Program-made: the position numbers and the translations under genes
Notes under the pieces: generated by a model
Told to the model about the DNA's origin: nothing
The model's input: the letters and a program-made list of their open reading frames with translations, nothing else
Databases searched by the model: none
Assembly (NCBI GenBank): GCA_001244265.2
Contig: CDLV01000005.1
Coordinates: forward strand, 2,232,001 to 2,296,000
Length of the DNA stretch: 64,000 bases
Direction of reading: 5' to 3'
Source: Microbotryum violaceum
Lineage: Eukaryota
Shown: in pieces, positions 12,242 to 25,650 of the stretch
How positions within the stretch are numbered: position 1 is the first letter of the stretch
Layout: each line of letters opens with the position of its first letter

Positions 12242-14683
12242 TCAGCTCCTAGACTCGACGAGAGAAAGGGAATAGGAACTGCCAGTTGGCTCACCATCAA
12301 ACATCATCGACGAATGGACGAAGTCCATCTCGTGGCCGCTGGCACTCTTGGCCATGCCCGAACTGAGTGCGTGCTGATTTGGCGTCGTCGGCCACACGGG
12401 TGCGCTCGAGCTGACCTGCATCGGCGTCGAGGACAACCCATGCAAGTTCGCCGGGCTGTCGGAAGCCGCCGATGGGGAAGGCGACAAAGGGTAGCCGCGG
12501 GTCTTTTCGATGATTGGGGCCGGGGCCAGCACCGAGTCCGGATGAAGCCAAGAGGACGACGAAGGCGCGCGTCGTTGACTGGTCGAGCGACCGTGCTGTC
12601 GCGCCGAGAACGGCGTCGGAGGCACCCGGTGGTGGCTCAGCGCCGATTGGTGCGACGCGGACGAAGAGTAGCCCGATGATGTCTGGCCTGGAAGATGTTG
12701 GTGGGACTGCGTCGGCGATGTCGCGCTGAACAGGCGCTGGGCGACGTGCGAAGCCATCGTCGCGCTGAAGGCCCCATTCGAAGGAACACGATCGTGGTGC
12801 AGAGCGCCGAGGAAGTCTTGCGAGGCCGACGTCGCACCGATGAGCGGGACACCGGAAGGTAAGCGTGAACGGCGGCCCGAAGCATTCGGCGAAAGCATCG
12901 TCTCAGCCCAGCTGAAGGACGAGGAAGCACCGAGGGCTCGGGTCGGCGTCATGGTAAGATCGTGCCATTCATCCTCCTCGCTGGACTGAAACGAGATGGC
13001 GGGGAAGCTGTTGGGGTCTTCGTAGCCAAAATTCGTTCCGTCCCAACCTGCGGTCCAGCCGCCGGTCGTGTGATGGGCCTGGCTGGGATCCTCGAACTGG
13101 CCGCTCATCATGCGCATTCGAGCGCCGCGATAGAACAGGGGTGATCGAGGCGAATAATCAGCTCGCGGCTGGTTAAACTGCGGAGTGACAGGCACCGATA
13201 CAGTAGCGTTTGCGGGGCTGTGAGGGTGCGAAGGGTGCGAGCGTCGACGAGGTGAAGGCGAAGCTTGCGGCGATGGCGCCAGCACCATGTCGGGGCCGGA
13301 GCTGAGGAAGTAGTGCGTCGGGCGTGGCGAGAGTGACGAGGCGCTGAACATCGGTTCCGAGTGCGAAAGCGTCGGCGTCTTTGGAGGTCGGCCAAAGACG
13401 ATGGCGGCGTCGGCGCCTCGCATGGGACAGAGATCAGTATGTTCGCCCTCGTCGCAATCGCAAGATGATTCGACCGCGCGACGCTTGCCCTTGCTCGATT
13501 GAGACTTGTTCGATTCCTCGACAAGCTCGTCTGACGCTTCGTCGTCCGCCGGTGCGTCGTTGCCATCCTCATCCTCCTGCACCCGTCGCTTCTTGCTGAC
13601 GAGCAAAGCGGTGATGTTCTTTCCACCCACACGCACTCGAGGCTGCTCAACCTCTGCGGATGAATCATCGGCGTCGGACTCTTGCCCGGTATGCACCTCG
13701 ATCTCGGGCTCCAAGCGTTTGGAGATGAGTGCCTCGCGATCGATCCCGTGTGGGTCCATGCCCCAATCGTCGACCCTTCGAGGCGGCAGACCCGACCACG
13801 CCACGGCCTCGACATTCTCGATGTCCTCTTCGTCGTCACTCTCGAGCCACGACTTGACTTTGCCAATGCGTGCGTCGATCTTGTGCGCACCCACCTTGCC
13901 CCCGCCCCGCCTCGGAACATACGATGGGGTCCGCCGTCGACCAGGAGCCGCAGATCGGAAAGCGTGGAAGTCGATCGGGTCACTCGAAGTCTCGGCGCCC
14001 TTGCCAAACTGGAGTGGTGGCAGTTCCTCGGTCGCAGCAGCCGCATTCGCCGAGTTGGCCGCGGCCGCAGCGATCGCACGCTCGGCCGTCCTCGAACCCA
14101 AGTGCTCGAAGAGGATGTCGCGAGAGAGCGCAACTCGGCCCATCCCTTCGACATGCGCGGCGACGAGGCTCGACCTGTCTTTGAACGAGCGCTGCGTGCC
14201 CGAGCTACTGCCGACGCCGATGTCGCCGAGCGCAGGCATCAACTCGGGAACGAATGAGGCCGACGAGCGCGGGTTCGAAAACGCGAGCAGGCGGACGTTC
14301 TGCTGCGACGACGGCGTCGAAGGACCGGCCTTGGACGTCGAAGCGGCGCTTGCGACCGAGAACGAGCCATCCCTCGAGGGCGGAGTCGAAGGAGGGGCCA
14401 ACTGGGTCGAGCAAGACGAGGCCGGACTGGGCATGACCGTCGTCGCGACGGTGGAGGTGGTGGCCGAGGTTGAGGCCGAGGACTGTCGCTGGTGGCTACG
14501 AGCGCGTGTGGTGACATGGGACGGCTTCGAAGGGGACTCGAGAGTCGAGAAGGGGCTCTTCTTGCCCGAGGACGGAAAGGTGAGTGTGGCGTGATCGGTG
14601 GTCGTGATCTCGAGGTGAGGCGCGGCTGAGCGAGTGGAGCGTATCGGCAACGAGCGGCGGCCGCGGGTCTCCCCGCCGCCCAT
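12242..14683 (-). CDS. Hypothetical 813-aa Ser/Pro-rich disordered protein with a small Cys/His cluster
   Basis: Uninterrupted 2.4-kb ORF with coding-like composition; basic patches (SKKRR, KGKRR) and SCDCDEGEHTDLC. Confidence 0.75.
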   Translation of the reverse strand: MGGGETRGRRSLPIRSTRSAAPHLEITTTDHATLTFPSSGKKSPFSTLESPSKPSHVTTRARSHQRQSSASTSATTSTVATTVMPSPASSCSTQLAPPSTPPSRDGSFSVASAASTSKAGPSTPSSQQNVRLLAFSNPRSSASFVPELMPALGDIGVGSSSGTQRSFKDRSSLVAAHVEGMGRVALSRDILFEHLGSRTAERAIAAAAANSANAAAATEELPPLQFGKGAETSSDPIDFHAFRSAAPGRRRTPSYVPRRGGGKVGAHKIDARIGKVKSWLESDDEEDIENVEAVAWSGLPPRRVDDWGMDPHGIDREALISKRLEPEIEVHTGQESDADDSSAEVEQPRVRVGGKNITALLVSKKRRVQEDEDGNDAPADDEASDELVEESNKSQSSKGKRRAVESSCDCDEGEHTDLCPMRGADAAIVFGRPPKTPTLSHSEPMFSASSLSPRPTHYFLSSGPDMVLAPSPQASPSPRRRSHPSHPHSPANATVSVPVTPQFNQPRADYSPRSPLFYRGARMRMMSGQFEDPSQAHHTTGGWTAGWDGTNFGYEDPNSFPAISFQSSEEDEWHDLTMTPTRALGASSSFSWAETMLSPNASGRRSRLPSGVPLIGATSASQDFLGALHHDRVPSNGAFSATMASHVAQRLFSATSPTQSHQHLPGQTSSGYSSSASHQSALSHHRVPPTPFSARQHGRSTSQRRAPSSSSWLHPDSVLAPAPIIEKTRGYPLSPSPSAASDSPANLHGLSSTPMQVSSSAPVWPTTPNQHALSSGMAKSASGHEMDFVHSSMMFDGEPTGSSYSLSLVESRS

Positions 14684-14905
14684 CGTCGAGCTCGTGGGAG
14701 TTGATACACGTGGCAGCGATGGCGGGGTTTGCTGTGGCAGGGCTGCAAGTTCGAAACTGGAAGCCGTAACCGGTTGGGCAACATGATTTCCACTGCAGAA
14801 GAAAGAAAGAAAAGGGCCGGGAAAAGAGGCGGGGGTCAGTGTCTGGTCGCGGTTCAGCTATCGGCCCTATCGCCCGCAGGCCCAGCCGCATGCGCTTTGC
14901 TCGTA

Positions 14906-14959
14906 GGCGGAGGCGAGCTCAGACCCGGCGGAGGCGAGCTCAGACCCGGCGGAGGCGAG
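14906..14959. repeat. 21-bp tandem repeat (about 2.6 copies)
   Basis: ggcggaggcgagctcagaccc twice plus ggcggaggcgag, upstream of the 813-aa gene. Confidence 0.9.
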
Positions 14960-15042
14960 GGGAGTTGGGAGGCGACTCCAGCGACTCCAACCCGAAAGCA
15001 GCATCGCACCCCTCAAAAAGAAGACAAGTGATGTATATGAAC

Positions 15043-15774
15043 TTACAAAACATGCTTGCCCGATGAACGAGTGGAGATCTTAGTTGTAGAGGTGGATGCG
15101 AGGAACTGGGAATGAGCGTCGGTCGAAGTGTGCTGCTCGTGCAGTGCTTGGTGCGATTGCAATCGTGGCCGCTGCGCTGCTGGTGCCTTGCCCGGTAGCT
15201 GCTCTACCACAGCCGAGGCTGCACATTGGATTGATTCAACTTCGGGTGTACTTCGGGTCGACCTAGCGGACCTCCTTGTCTTGGCTGCGATCGACTTGGA
15301 TGCTGCCGAAGCCCTGGTAGAGGCCATCACACTGTCCGAACTCGCCGGTGCGAACGCCGCTAGCTGCTGCTTCGACCTGGGCGACGACGACGACGACGAC
15401 GACGTTTTGACGGCCTTGAGGTGATCCAAAATTCGGGTCTGGCGAGTACGAGGTAGCGACGACGACGAAGAAGAAGTGGGAGCAGGTACGGCACTGGTTC
15501 TGGACATGGTCCACTCAAGCGAAACCGTCCGAGCCGGGGAAGATGACGGGAGCGGGAGAGGCCAACTGGGAACCACCGACAACGACGGCGCGGCCCACAC
15601 AGGCCGCAGGCGCACGGCCGAAGGGTTTGGTCGACTATTCAAGTCCACACACGCCGACTGCAGGACAATCGTCGGCGCAGCCACGGTACAACTGTTGCTC
15701 GGAGCAGCAAAGTCAAATACGCCTTTCATTGGGTGGTGAGCGTAAGCCGAATTCGGCAAGTTGGGCTGGAACAT
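15043..15774 (-). CDS. Hypothetical Ser/Ala-rich protein
   Basis: 243-aa ATG-initiated ORF with no recognisable domain. Confidence 0.35.
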   Translation of the reverse strand: MFQPNLPNSAYAHHPMKGVFDFAAPSNSCTVAAPTIVLQSACVDLNSRPNPSAVRLRPVWAAPSLSVVPSWPLPLPSSSPARTVSLEWTMSRTSAVPAPTSSSSSSLPRTRQTRILDHLKAVKTSSSSSSSPRSKQQLAAFAPASSDSVMASTRASAASKSIAAKTRRSARSTRSTPEVESIQCAASAVVEQLPGKAPAAQRPRLQSHQALHEQHTSTDAHSQFLASTSTTKISTRSSGKHVL

Positions 15775-17101
15775 GGGCGCAGAAAAACTACAATCGTTTT
15801 TTGAGTGGCAGTAGGAATTGCTGGTTTGTAGCCGACGTTCTCTCCTATTACGTTGGCCTCGGCGCAGGTGGTACGGGCGGCCGAGACGGAACCAGTGTAG
15901 GGGTTGTTGGCTTCACAGATTGAGCAGATTCGATGATTCGATAACCGATGACCCTGACGATTCACAGAACTTTTGTTTCGCCCAGTCTGAGTAGAGAGCT
16001 TTCGATAGTAGGCAGCGAACGAGCGGAGTGCACGGGCAGCGGAACAAAGGATTAATCCGGGCAGAGCGTTTGCCGATGATTATTTCCTGGGGCGATAACG
16101 GAGCAGGGGCAGCTTGAACCTTGTAGTCCTTGGAATACTGGCCAGTTATTCGATGCAATCATCGTTGAGTCGTTTGAGCTGCTGCAACGCTTGACCTATC
16201 GAATCGCCATATGCTCGGTCACGCCCTTTCGCGCTCGCTCCCGATCACAAATCACCCTCCCGCTCGTCACACAAACTTTTGCATACATCCAGCCTTGCCA
16301 TCGCGGCAACGGAAAGAGCGCACAGACGCCCTACGATAATTATTTTTGGCCGTGCGCTTTTGGCTCGCTGTCCGACATTAGAGTCGAGCGACTGCGGTCT
16401 AATGCGCCAAACTTTTCTCGGCCGCTCGGCCGGCTCGACCCCTATCCCGCTCGCCCCGAGTTTGCTCTCTTCACGGTGGGTGCACGTGCTCATTGCTGAC
16501 CTCGTCAAACCCATATCGGTTCATGTATACTTTTCGGGTGAGACAAGGTATCGCATTATCCGTTGACACTCGTTCCATCCTCAGCTCTCACAGAAATAAA
16601 GTGATGACTTTTTCGTCGACTGCTTCAACGCGTCGCGACGCGTCTTTTACGGAATCCAGCGCGTGGCAGCGGTCAGCCAGACGGCGAGGCGCTCTACTTT
16701 TAAAATTGCTGCTCACACACACTCACGGACACGCATACTGACGACAGCAACATAGTCAGCGTAAGATGAAGCGTCCATATTTTCCAGTACATTATGCTCA
16801 TCGAATCGGAGGGACTGTACGGTACTGCAGTGAGTCGGTCAGCGCCGGTCAGGGAAGACGTTTGGGGCCGTCCAAGCGAAGCCCGGGATCGCTCAAAGTG
16901 AAAACCCTGACGATAAGACCATGGTAGGCATCAACTGCACGATGCAGAGGCGCAAGGAAGTGACCAAGAATCAATCTTGAACATGAACTGTGTGTGGCCC
17001 GACTGGGTACGAGATCAAGTCTGAAGTTACAAAGTCAAGTGCTCAACAAACCCCGCATGCGCCGCAGCGTGGGCGGCGGAGCTCATTACTTCTCAGCAGC
17101 T

Positions 17102-18060
17102 TCAAGCGAATCGAGAGGCACGAGAGGTGGTCCCGGAATCCGAAGGCACAAAAATTGCCCCGTCACTAAGGCTGATAAAGTACTGCGCGCAATCGCCTTG
17201 GGTTTTGTTGGCCGAAATAAAGGAGTTCTTTGCGAAATCCGTGCAGTAACCCTGAAGCGCGACGTAGGGATCCACGCCACGGCTATCCGCACCCTTGAGG
17301 AGGTTCTGGTCCAGGGGCCCATTCTGGCCAGTGCAAAGGCCCGTCGACGCACTCCCCGTGTAAAAGACGACTGGAAGTAGAATGGGGAAGCGGAAGCGGA
17401 AATGATTCAAAACGACAGGGGTGAGATAGTCAGCAAGATAGGATAACCACGACTCACCCCGAACTTTGGGTTTCTGAGTAATGCAGAGTAGCGAGTTGTC
17501 GGACTCAGGTGTGAAGGGCTTGTAAGGTTGCTGATTGGCCGAGTAAGGGTTGCTCAAGCCGTAGTCAAAGTAAACAGCATAAGGGACCCCGGGAAAGCAG
17601 GCATCCCGGTACAAGGTGAAGCCGGCCTTGCAAGTGATAGTGCTAGTGCTGTTGCAGGTCAAAGCGTTGGAGTCGTCGCAGTTCAGGCATTCCTTGGCTA
17701 GAGGCGGGAAAACGAACAGCACGATGGCATACATTACATTGGCTCAGTGGTTCCTGAAGAAGCGTTCGATTCCTTGCTTTTTTTTTGGCGATTTGAAAAG
17801 AAAGAAACTCACCGTCGGTGCTGCGGTATGTTCCGGGAGTTTTGGTGCAGTCTACAGCGGCGCACCTGGCAGCGAAGAGAGGGGCAGAGATCAACCACGG
17901 TGACTCTGGACTCGATGATGACACGTGATGCAAGCACACAGCAAACTCACTTGCGGGAGGAGTTGACGACACCGTACGAGCAAGTCAGAGGCTGCGATCA
18001 GCTGCAGGTGGTGGCGTTCGTGTAGCGCGAAGCGCAAGATACGCAAGCGTTGTTTGCAAG
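17102..18060 (-). pseudogene. Cys-rich (CxxC repeat) extracellular-type protein, probably a pseudogene
   Basis: Three exons splice to NNACVSCASRYTNATTCS*SQPLTCSYG...KCAAVDCTKTPGTYRSTDAKECLNCDDSNALTCNSTSTITCKAGF. In-frame TGA at 17998-18000; no clear 5' exon found. Confidence 0.6.
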
Positions 18061-18910
18061 GATATCAAAAGTCAGCCGAGTGCCGATAATGAAGAGGCGA
18101 AGCCTCTTCGTCGGCGCCAGTCAAATTTGATGGTTCAAGGGATCGAGAATGAAGACGCTCGCCATAAGGAAGAAAAAATAGTGTGGGATTGAGGTAGAAA
18201 TTGGGCCTCGAGATCGGGCTGCGAGGGAGGAGCAAGGCCGAGGATCAGGCGACCAGGAACGAGACTTACTAACGGAAATCTCGTCGGGAGCTGTGGGGCG
18301 TTGGGAAGAATGGAGAAGGTATGAGAAGGAAGGAAAGAGAGGTGAATGGAGAGTCCACCGTTTTCTTCCTCACGCTGCACAGAGGATAGGGACTCTAGAT
18401 TGATGTCTCAGAAGTGCCAATGAACTCGCAGGGGTGACTGGGCACCGAAATTCGGGCGGCTGTGGGGCTCCAGGGCGCGAGGCCTCTCGCCGACAGCCGA
18501 ACTGGGCCCGCATCGATGGCGGCCCATCGTCCGATCACAAATTGGCCTCTCCAGAGCTGACTACTGGTATTCGGCGGGTCCCATTCCTAGCCATTGAAGT
18601 GATCAGAGGGTCGAGCCGACGAGCTCCTTGAAGCAGAGGACTCGAGTTCGTTGGAACAGCGAAACTTTTCCCTTCTATCTGCCTCAGAAGGCAGTGGGTG
18701 TCAAAAAAAACAGTCTGCGTAACTTGCATCCGGCCGCCTCACACGACTGAAGAAGTGGAAAAAGCAGAACACTACTCTACGTACCGAGTTCAATCCACCC
18801 AGTGTGGTCAAACACAACGAGCTCGATTGTGCCTTTTGAGCGACATTTGCTTTCAGAAAATGTGGTAGTGTACAGCAGATTACTGCATAATGAAAAAACA
18901 GCCTACCCAA

Positions 18911-21617
18911 CTAAAATATCTCGTTCAAAGTGAATGCGGTCAATATGACGGAAGAAAACACGAAGATGAGGTACTGTGTGTAGGATGAAAGCCATGGGAC
19001 ATGGACGGACGAGCGATCATGTCAGTTGATGCGATCTGTTGCTTGCATGCGGAGCTACTATCACTCGACGAGGCAAACGGACCTGAACGATTAAATACGA
19101 TGCCAACACGTCCGAGTTACTCTCGCCGTCTTCGGGTGCAAATATCTGTTTCGTCGACATGGAAGTTGGGTGAGCTAGGGTTAGTGACGGCCTCATTAGG
19201 AGTCTGGCGCAACACGATCAATGGAAACTTGCCTGGGTAAGAGCGACCTGGGTAGTGGCTGCCGGCACGACGCTGAAGTAGGTCAAGACTGTGCAGGAGA
19301 AGAAGACTAATTATCAGAACCGTAACCGCCCTGCACGGATTCATACGGCTCCAGGCTATCTGACCGAAGCGCAGCACCACTTGATCCTCCCTTACGAGGT
19401 TCGTATGCCGAACCAGCGCCTGGACGAAGAAGAATCCGAAAACGGGAAGAATCACGAGTTTCGCCACCGCCAAGGCTGTGATACTTGCAAAGGGGAGACG
19501 CGAAATGGGTCGAGGCAACTTCATACGTTGTAGTGCAGAGCCCAGTACGATGAGACCCAACGGGACCGAAGCATTACCGAGGAAAGCGGCAGTGTCGAGG
19601 ACGATGGCGAGCGGCGGCAGACCGTCGGGCGCTGTCGGATGGAACGAGTAACTCGCATCCAGGAAGAGCTGCAGCAAAATCAAAACAAACTTGAGCTTGT
19701 AGGCATGTGCCGGAACAGCTAAAAGTGTAACCAGACTGACCGCCTTGACTGGCCTGACAAGTGCACAGACGAGCGCAAAGACGAGCAAGATCGTCGGAGG
19801 TGTGATGCACGAGGCCACAAAACTGTTGAGCTCTTTAGCAAAATGCACCCATTTTCCAGCTTGAAGGACGCTCGAAGAAGACCCTTGCTCGTTCGAGGGA
19901 CCTGCTTTCTCGAAGGATGCCCCACCGTCACCGTTTATACGCCTCGCTTGCCCGTCGGACTCGGACACTTCCACGGTTTCGTCCCCGAAAACGGACTGCG
20001 CAGGAGAGGCCATGATCGTCTTAAGTCGTTCTCGCTCGTGTTGGGCAGCTTGGAGCTGCGCTCTGTCAAAGGACCACTTGCGGTTATGTTCCGACGTGTC
20101 GTCGACTGCCGCGGCTTGGGCCGTGCTGGCCAATCCCCGAATCGAATGCGAGCCAATTGACCGCGAGGTTGTTTGTCGTTTACATACGCGCACAAAGTGT
20201 TTGAGCCTAAGTTTTTAGCGGTCAAAGGGAGGAGAAATCTCACCTGAGGTCGGAGAATGTAGCCATCTGCCGAGTCGGGTCTACGGTCCTCTCGGTCGCC
20301 GGGACATTCTCTTCTCCGGACGATAGGTCCGTTTCGGCTTCGGGGCAAGTCGGTTGAGCCTTCCGCCCCCTGTTCAGCAGATGAGTCACTTTCTCCCTTG
20401 TTCCGGGCCAACCAGCCGTGTTGGCACCTACTTCCTCTTCCTCGTCATCGCTCGAAGGCTTGACCCTAGTGTAGTCGGCTTGAATGAACCATGTCCCCCT
20501 CATGGGGAATAGGGTGATGTAGAAGATGAGAATGAAGATGGCTGCAGCGGTAACATTTGAGACATTAGTCAAGCTCGTACAAGGAACCCTTAAGTGGTTC
20601 TTGCTCACCAACATATGCGACTGCGAAGATAGCACGATTGATGTTCGTCAGCACCGCTGTCCACGATCCGGCGCAACTGAACTTACTAGCCAGGTCGGCA
20701 TCCGCCTGCCCCGCAAAAGGAGCCGACAAGCAGACAGTCTGTACGACCGACGTAGGCAAATCACCCCAATTGCTGTAATAAGTGTGAGCATAACCAAACT
20801 TGGCGGCAGATGAGTTCACGATCTGTCGACGCCGGACCGCACCTGCCCACTGGCCACTGCACTCACCTCCAAGCAGCGGCAGCCAAGATTCCATAACGGA
20901 AATTTTTGGGTGACGGGAACAGTTGAAGTATGATGAAACCCATCAAAAACGAGAAACCCATGTACACGAGGCCTACGAGAAATATCGGTCCGATCGCTTT
21001 CACACTCTCCGATGTAAACGAGGGCACAATCTTCGCGAACATGAGGGCTGGCAACGGGTGAATTGGTAACGCGATGTGACACGTCAAAATGGGCATCGAA
21101 GTATGTTTCACAGACTGAAGAAGCGACGAACCTGGGAGGGTGACATTGAGAATGATTTGCGAAGCCGCCCGAGATCCGGCGACGGGGAACAGGCCCGAGC
21201 GCGAGAGGAAATATCCTGCCGCAGACGGAAGTGCAAGCTTTTACATGGGGGATCAGTTTGGTCAGTCTGTCTGATCAACAAGAGAGATCTCGGGCTTGTG
21301 CTGGATCATGATGCGCACCTTGATAATGGGCTTGACCGCGAGCCAGATCAAAACGTTGATCTTTGGTGTTGTGGGTTCACTGTAGCAGGAGAAGATGAGT
21401 ATGTCAGCATGGATGGAGCAAGCATACAGACTCAGGGCGTCGAGACCAAGGTAGAGTGCATTGGTTTCCACCGCAGAGCCAGCGCGACGCGGACAGGAGG
21501 TCAACCGGGCACTCCACCAGTTCGCAGCTGTGCCAGTTGTACAGCTGACAGGCGATCCGACAGAGCCACGCCAATAGCCCGTCAAAGCACGGTGAAGGTT
21601 CGAGTGACTTACCTCAT
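18911..21617 (-). CDS. Auxin efflux carrier / Mem_trans family transporter (PILS/Ecm3-like)
   Basis: Multi-exon model: MS|EPTTPKINVLIWLAVKPIIK|LALPSAAGYFLSRSGLFP..NVTLP|ALMFAKIVPSF..|SNWGDLPTSVV..PDGLPPLAIVLDTAAFLGNASVPLGLIVLGSAL..LRF..YLIVQ|YLIF..NEIF*. The first coding exon is only 5 nt (21613-21617). Confidence 0.88.
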
Positions 21618-22296
21618 TGTAGCACCGGCTTCTGCACGCCCGTACAGGTCCGATGTCGAGCTACGGTTGCACGCGCTGTTTAAATAACTCCGGAGTTGCG
21701 ACGCGCCGCCAGAGTGTCACGCGTTGAGCGGATGCGTTGATCAATCCTAACAGCACGGGGGAGATCCGATTTGTACTGAGGATTGGTTCCCGATGAACGA
21801 CTCTTGACTGGTGTCGACGCTGGTGGCTTGAGGACTCGAATGTTGCCTGGTTGACGAGGCGGTTGTGGGGCCACATCAAGACCAACGAGCAGCGACGGGC
21901 CGTCTCCCGCGCCGCCGCCGCCGCCCTCTGCCGGCCAGGAGCTGCCGAGGCCTATGCTAGATTAGCAGGAGAACAGTTTAGCCAAGAGCGCGTCCGGCAG
22001 AAGGACGTGGCCTCGCCAGCGGCAATATAATCGTGGGCGCCAGCTCCTCGATCGATCAGCCTGAGCGTTCGGCCTATCTGCCATGCTCTCCGGGCCGCGT
22101 GTCCGTTGTCGGATGCAGGAGCAGTGGATATAGGACAGGAGTCATAAAAAATTACAGCAAAGTCTTGGTTCGATTAAGCTACCGGGATCAGAAACGAGTC
22201 AGAGGAAAACACGACTGGCGCTACCGCGCGACGCCCGAATTTTAAATCTCAACAGACGGAACGGTAGGTAGAGGTACAAGAGGGTCGAGATTAGAA

Positions 22297-25258
22297 TTAC
22301 TTCTTGAGTGAAGAAGCAGTCTTGGTCTTGATTGTCTCAACAACTTCGGGCTCGGCCAGGGTCGACAAGTCGCCGAGCTGGTCGCCCTCGCCGGCGGCGA
22401 CCTTGCGCAAGATGCGGCGCATGATCTGGGTCAGGCAAAGATTGCAAAGTAGCGAGCAAGGTCAGCGGACAGATCACAGCACACCAGAAGGCTCAGACAG
22501 TAAGAAAGTTTACCTTTCCGGATCGGGTCTTGGGCAGGTCGCCCAAGAGAATCAAGTGCTTCGGTGCCGAGAAGGGTCCGATCGATTTTCGGACCTGAAG
22601 AACGAGCTCCTTGGACAGAGACGCCTCGTTGGTGTCGTTCATGTTGAAGTCGGGCTTCATCGTCACGTAAGCGACAATTGATTGACCCGTGACCTCGTCG
22701 GGGATACCGACCACAGCGGCCTCGGCGACACCGGGGTGTTGGATCAGAGCCGACTCGATCTCGGCGGTCGAGAGACGATGGCCTGAAACGTTAATGACGT
22801 CATCAACTCGGCCTCGGATCCAGTAGTAACCATCATGGTCACGTCCAGCACCGTCGCCCGTAAAGTAGTAGCCGGGGTAAGGCTTGAGGTATGTCTCGAG
22901 GTATCGCTGGTGGTCGCCATAGACCGTACGGGCGATCGAAGGCCACGGCTGCGCAACGGCAAGCACACCTTCCTTCTCGTTGCCTGTGATGACCTTGCCC
23001 GTAGTAGGGTCGAGCAAGACGGGCTTGATACCGAAGAAGGGAAGAGTCGCGGATCCGGGCTTCGTCTTGGTGGCTCCGGGCAAGGGACTGAAGTACACAT
23101 TCGAGGGAGTTCAGCGACAGCTCTGGCAACTGAAAAGGACCCGACCTGTTCAGACTCACGTGATTATGATCGATCCGGTCTCAGTCTGCCAGTACGTGTC
23201 GACGACTTGGCACTCCTTCTTGCCGACGTGCTCGTGGTACCATTCCCAAGCCTCGGGATTGATGGGTTCTCCGACCGAACCGATCGTGCGCAACGTACTG
23301 AGATCGTGGCCCTCGACGTGCTTCTCGCCCAAGCGGCGCAACAAACGGATGGCGGTCGGGGCGGTGTAGAACTGCGTGAGCTTGTGCTTGGCAACGACCT
23401 CCCAGAATCGCGAAGGGGTAGGGTACACGGGCGTCGACTCGAAAATGGTCGTCGTGACACCGTTGGCGAGGGGGCCGTAGACGATGTAGGTGTGGCCCGT
23501 GATCCAACCGACGTCGGCCATGCAGGCATACTTGTCGTCGGGGTGGACATCGAACACGTACTTAAGCGTCATGAAGGCGCCGAGGAGGTAGCCAGCGCTC
23601 GAGTGGACAACACCTTTGGGCTGTATGGAATTGGCGATGAAACGCTCCGGTTAGCACCTGATCGCAGCATGCGAACGCGGGTGGATCGAAAGGAACGTAC
23701 CTTGCCGGTGGAACCGGAAGTGTAGAGGATGAACAGCGGGTCCTCGGAGTTGACGATCTCGGGCGAGCAGTAGGGCTGGACGGTCTTCTTGGCCTCGTGC
23801 CACCAAACATCGCGGCCCTCGGTCCACTTGACCTTGCCACCGGTTCGCTTGAGCACGAGGACGTGCTCGACGTCGGGGCACTCGCTCAGTGCGGCGTCGA
23901 CGATCGACTTGGTCGCGATCGTCTTGCCTCCACGCTTGCCTTCGTCGGCCGTAATGACGACGCGCGATTTAGCGTCCTGCACGCGGTCACGGAGAGATTC
24001 GGCCGAGAACCCGGCAAAGACGACGGAGTGGACGGCACCGAGACGAGCGCAAGCAAGGAAAGCGATGGCAGCCTCGGGGACCCTGTTGGACGAACGATTC
24101 GACGCTGAAGGTCAGCAAACCGCGCATTTTGGCTCCAATGAGGAATTCAGCGGTAGTGCTTACATGGGCAAGTAAATAGCAACGGTCTGGATGGGATTAA
24201 AGCACCGAAAGTGTCATTAGCTCGGGCGCGACGGGATAGCTGAGCGGACAGAAGGATTTTCAGAAACGTACATCGCCCTTCTTGACACTCATGTCCTTTA
24301 AGATGTTGGCCATTCGGCACACCTCTTGGAGGAGTTGCGAGTAGGTGAGCTCGACGTGTTCTCCGGGCTCATCGGCTTCCCAGATGATCGCGGTCTAGAG
24401 GGACAGGGTGGAGTGACATGGGGCGGAGAACACGGGTACGAGAGGGTTAGCGGCCGGCTCGGGAGCTCGCAAAATCACCTAGACACTATCAAAACTGACC
24501 TTGTCGGGGTTCTTGTAGGCCCATCGATCGACACAGTTGTAGGAAACGTTCAAACCGCCTTCGGGGAACCACTGCACGTCACCGGCCTCGAACGAGCCGG
24601 CCATGACGGTGGAGTAAGGACGGTGCCAGTACAGGTGCTCCTTGGCCATCTGAGGTCATGAACGAGGTGAAAACAGTTAGTATCATGGCTCACGATACTC
24701 GAGAGTATGATGAAGAATCCTAAAAGCGCCGAGAATGGTTCCGCAGGTCGGAAAAGGAGATCTGGAACGCAGTCGATGAGTGCGGGGCACCGGTAGGAAC
24801 CCGGGATTCCGCTGAGCTGTAGCACCTATCACCCCTAGCTCGACAAAATTCAGGAAGCGAATATGCTACAACTAGAAGCAACTAGACCCCGAAACTTTAG
24901 CTCAAAACAGCCACGCCAAGCCATGACAAACACGATGCGTAGAGAATCGGAAGCGACGCTTCTCGTCCATCCCACCAGCGAGCGCTCCCGTCCTTCCCCT
25001 CGTGGAGGGAGCAGAGCTCGACAAAGAGGAGACGTCGGGACGCGAACGCATACACGACATGCCCCCGGATAAAGGTTCTATGAAGAGAGAAAGACTCACC
25101 TTGTCCCAAAAGACACTCGGCTGCTCGATCGACTCCTTGTACATTCGCTCATACTCGGCGGTGTCGGCGTGGGGCTTCTTGTACTCGCTCAACTTGCCAT
25201 TCGTGCGCTTCGAAATCTCGTGCGTCGGGGCAGAACGATAGTCGTGTTGATCCGCCAT
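22297..25258 (-). CDS. ACS1: Acetyl-CoA synthetase
   Basis: [88 protein letters not shown]. Many introns, including a 23-nt exon at 24164-24186. Confidence 0.97.
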
Positions 25259-25650
25259 AACTTGCTATATATGGGGCGGGTTGTGCTCAAGGAGAGAGAA
25301 GACCGGATATTCACGGGGAAAAGGAGGGGAGAGGAGGGGGAGGAAGGGAAAGGGAGGCGAGCAGCCGACTCGGAGCTTTGGAGCTTCCCCACATTGAGGG
25401 TCGATCGGAGCTGGTCGGGGCACGGTTTGGCCAGCCGCTGGCGCGTGTCAAAAAAAGCCAACGACAAAACTATGGACCAAAAAAAAGAGACAAACGCGCC
25501 AGCTATTTCTGCCAGGTCTGGACAAAAAGAATCCACCCAGGCGCGCGCGCGCTTGAAACACCGAAATGGTCCAGGCCGAGACCAGGGAGTCGAGAGATGA
25601 GCAAAGTATACAATTTTCAGCAAGATGATGCATGATGAGGAATGGTGACA

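Noticed and set aside
13108-14594. Long alternative-frame and antisense ORFs over the 813-aa gene (similarly over ACS)
   Set aside because: Expected shadow ORFs in GC-rich coding DNA; no motifs.
17998-18000. In-frame TGA in a Cys-rich protein read as selenocysteine
   Set aside because: It aligns with a Ser, not a Cys, position of the internal repeat (NATTCS*SQPLTC vs NALTCNSTSTITC), and Dikarya are not known to use Sec. A nonsense mutation is simpler.
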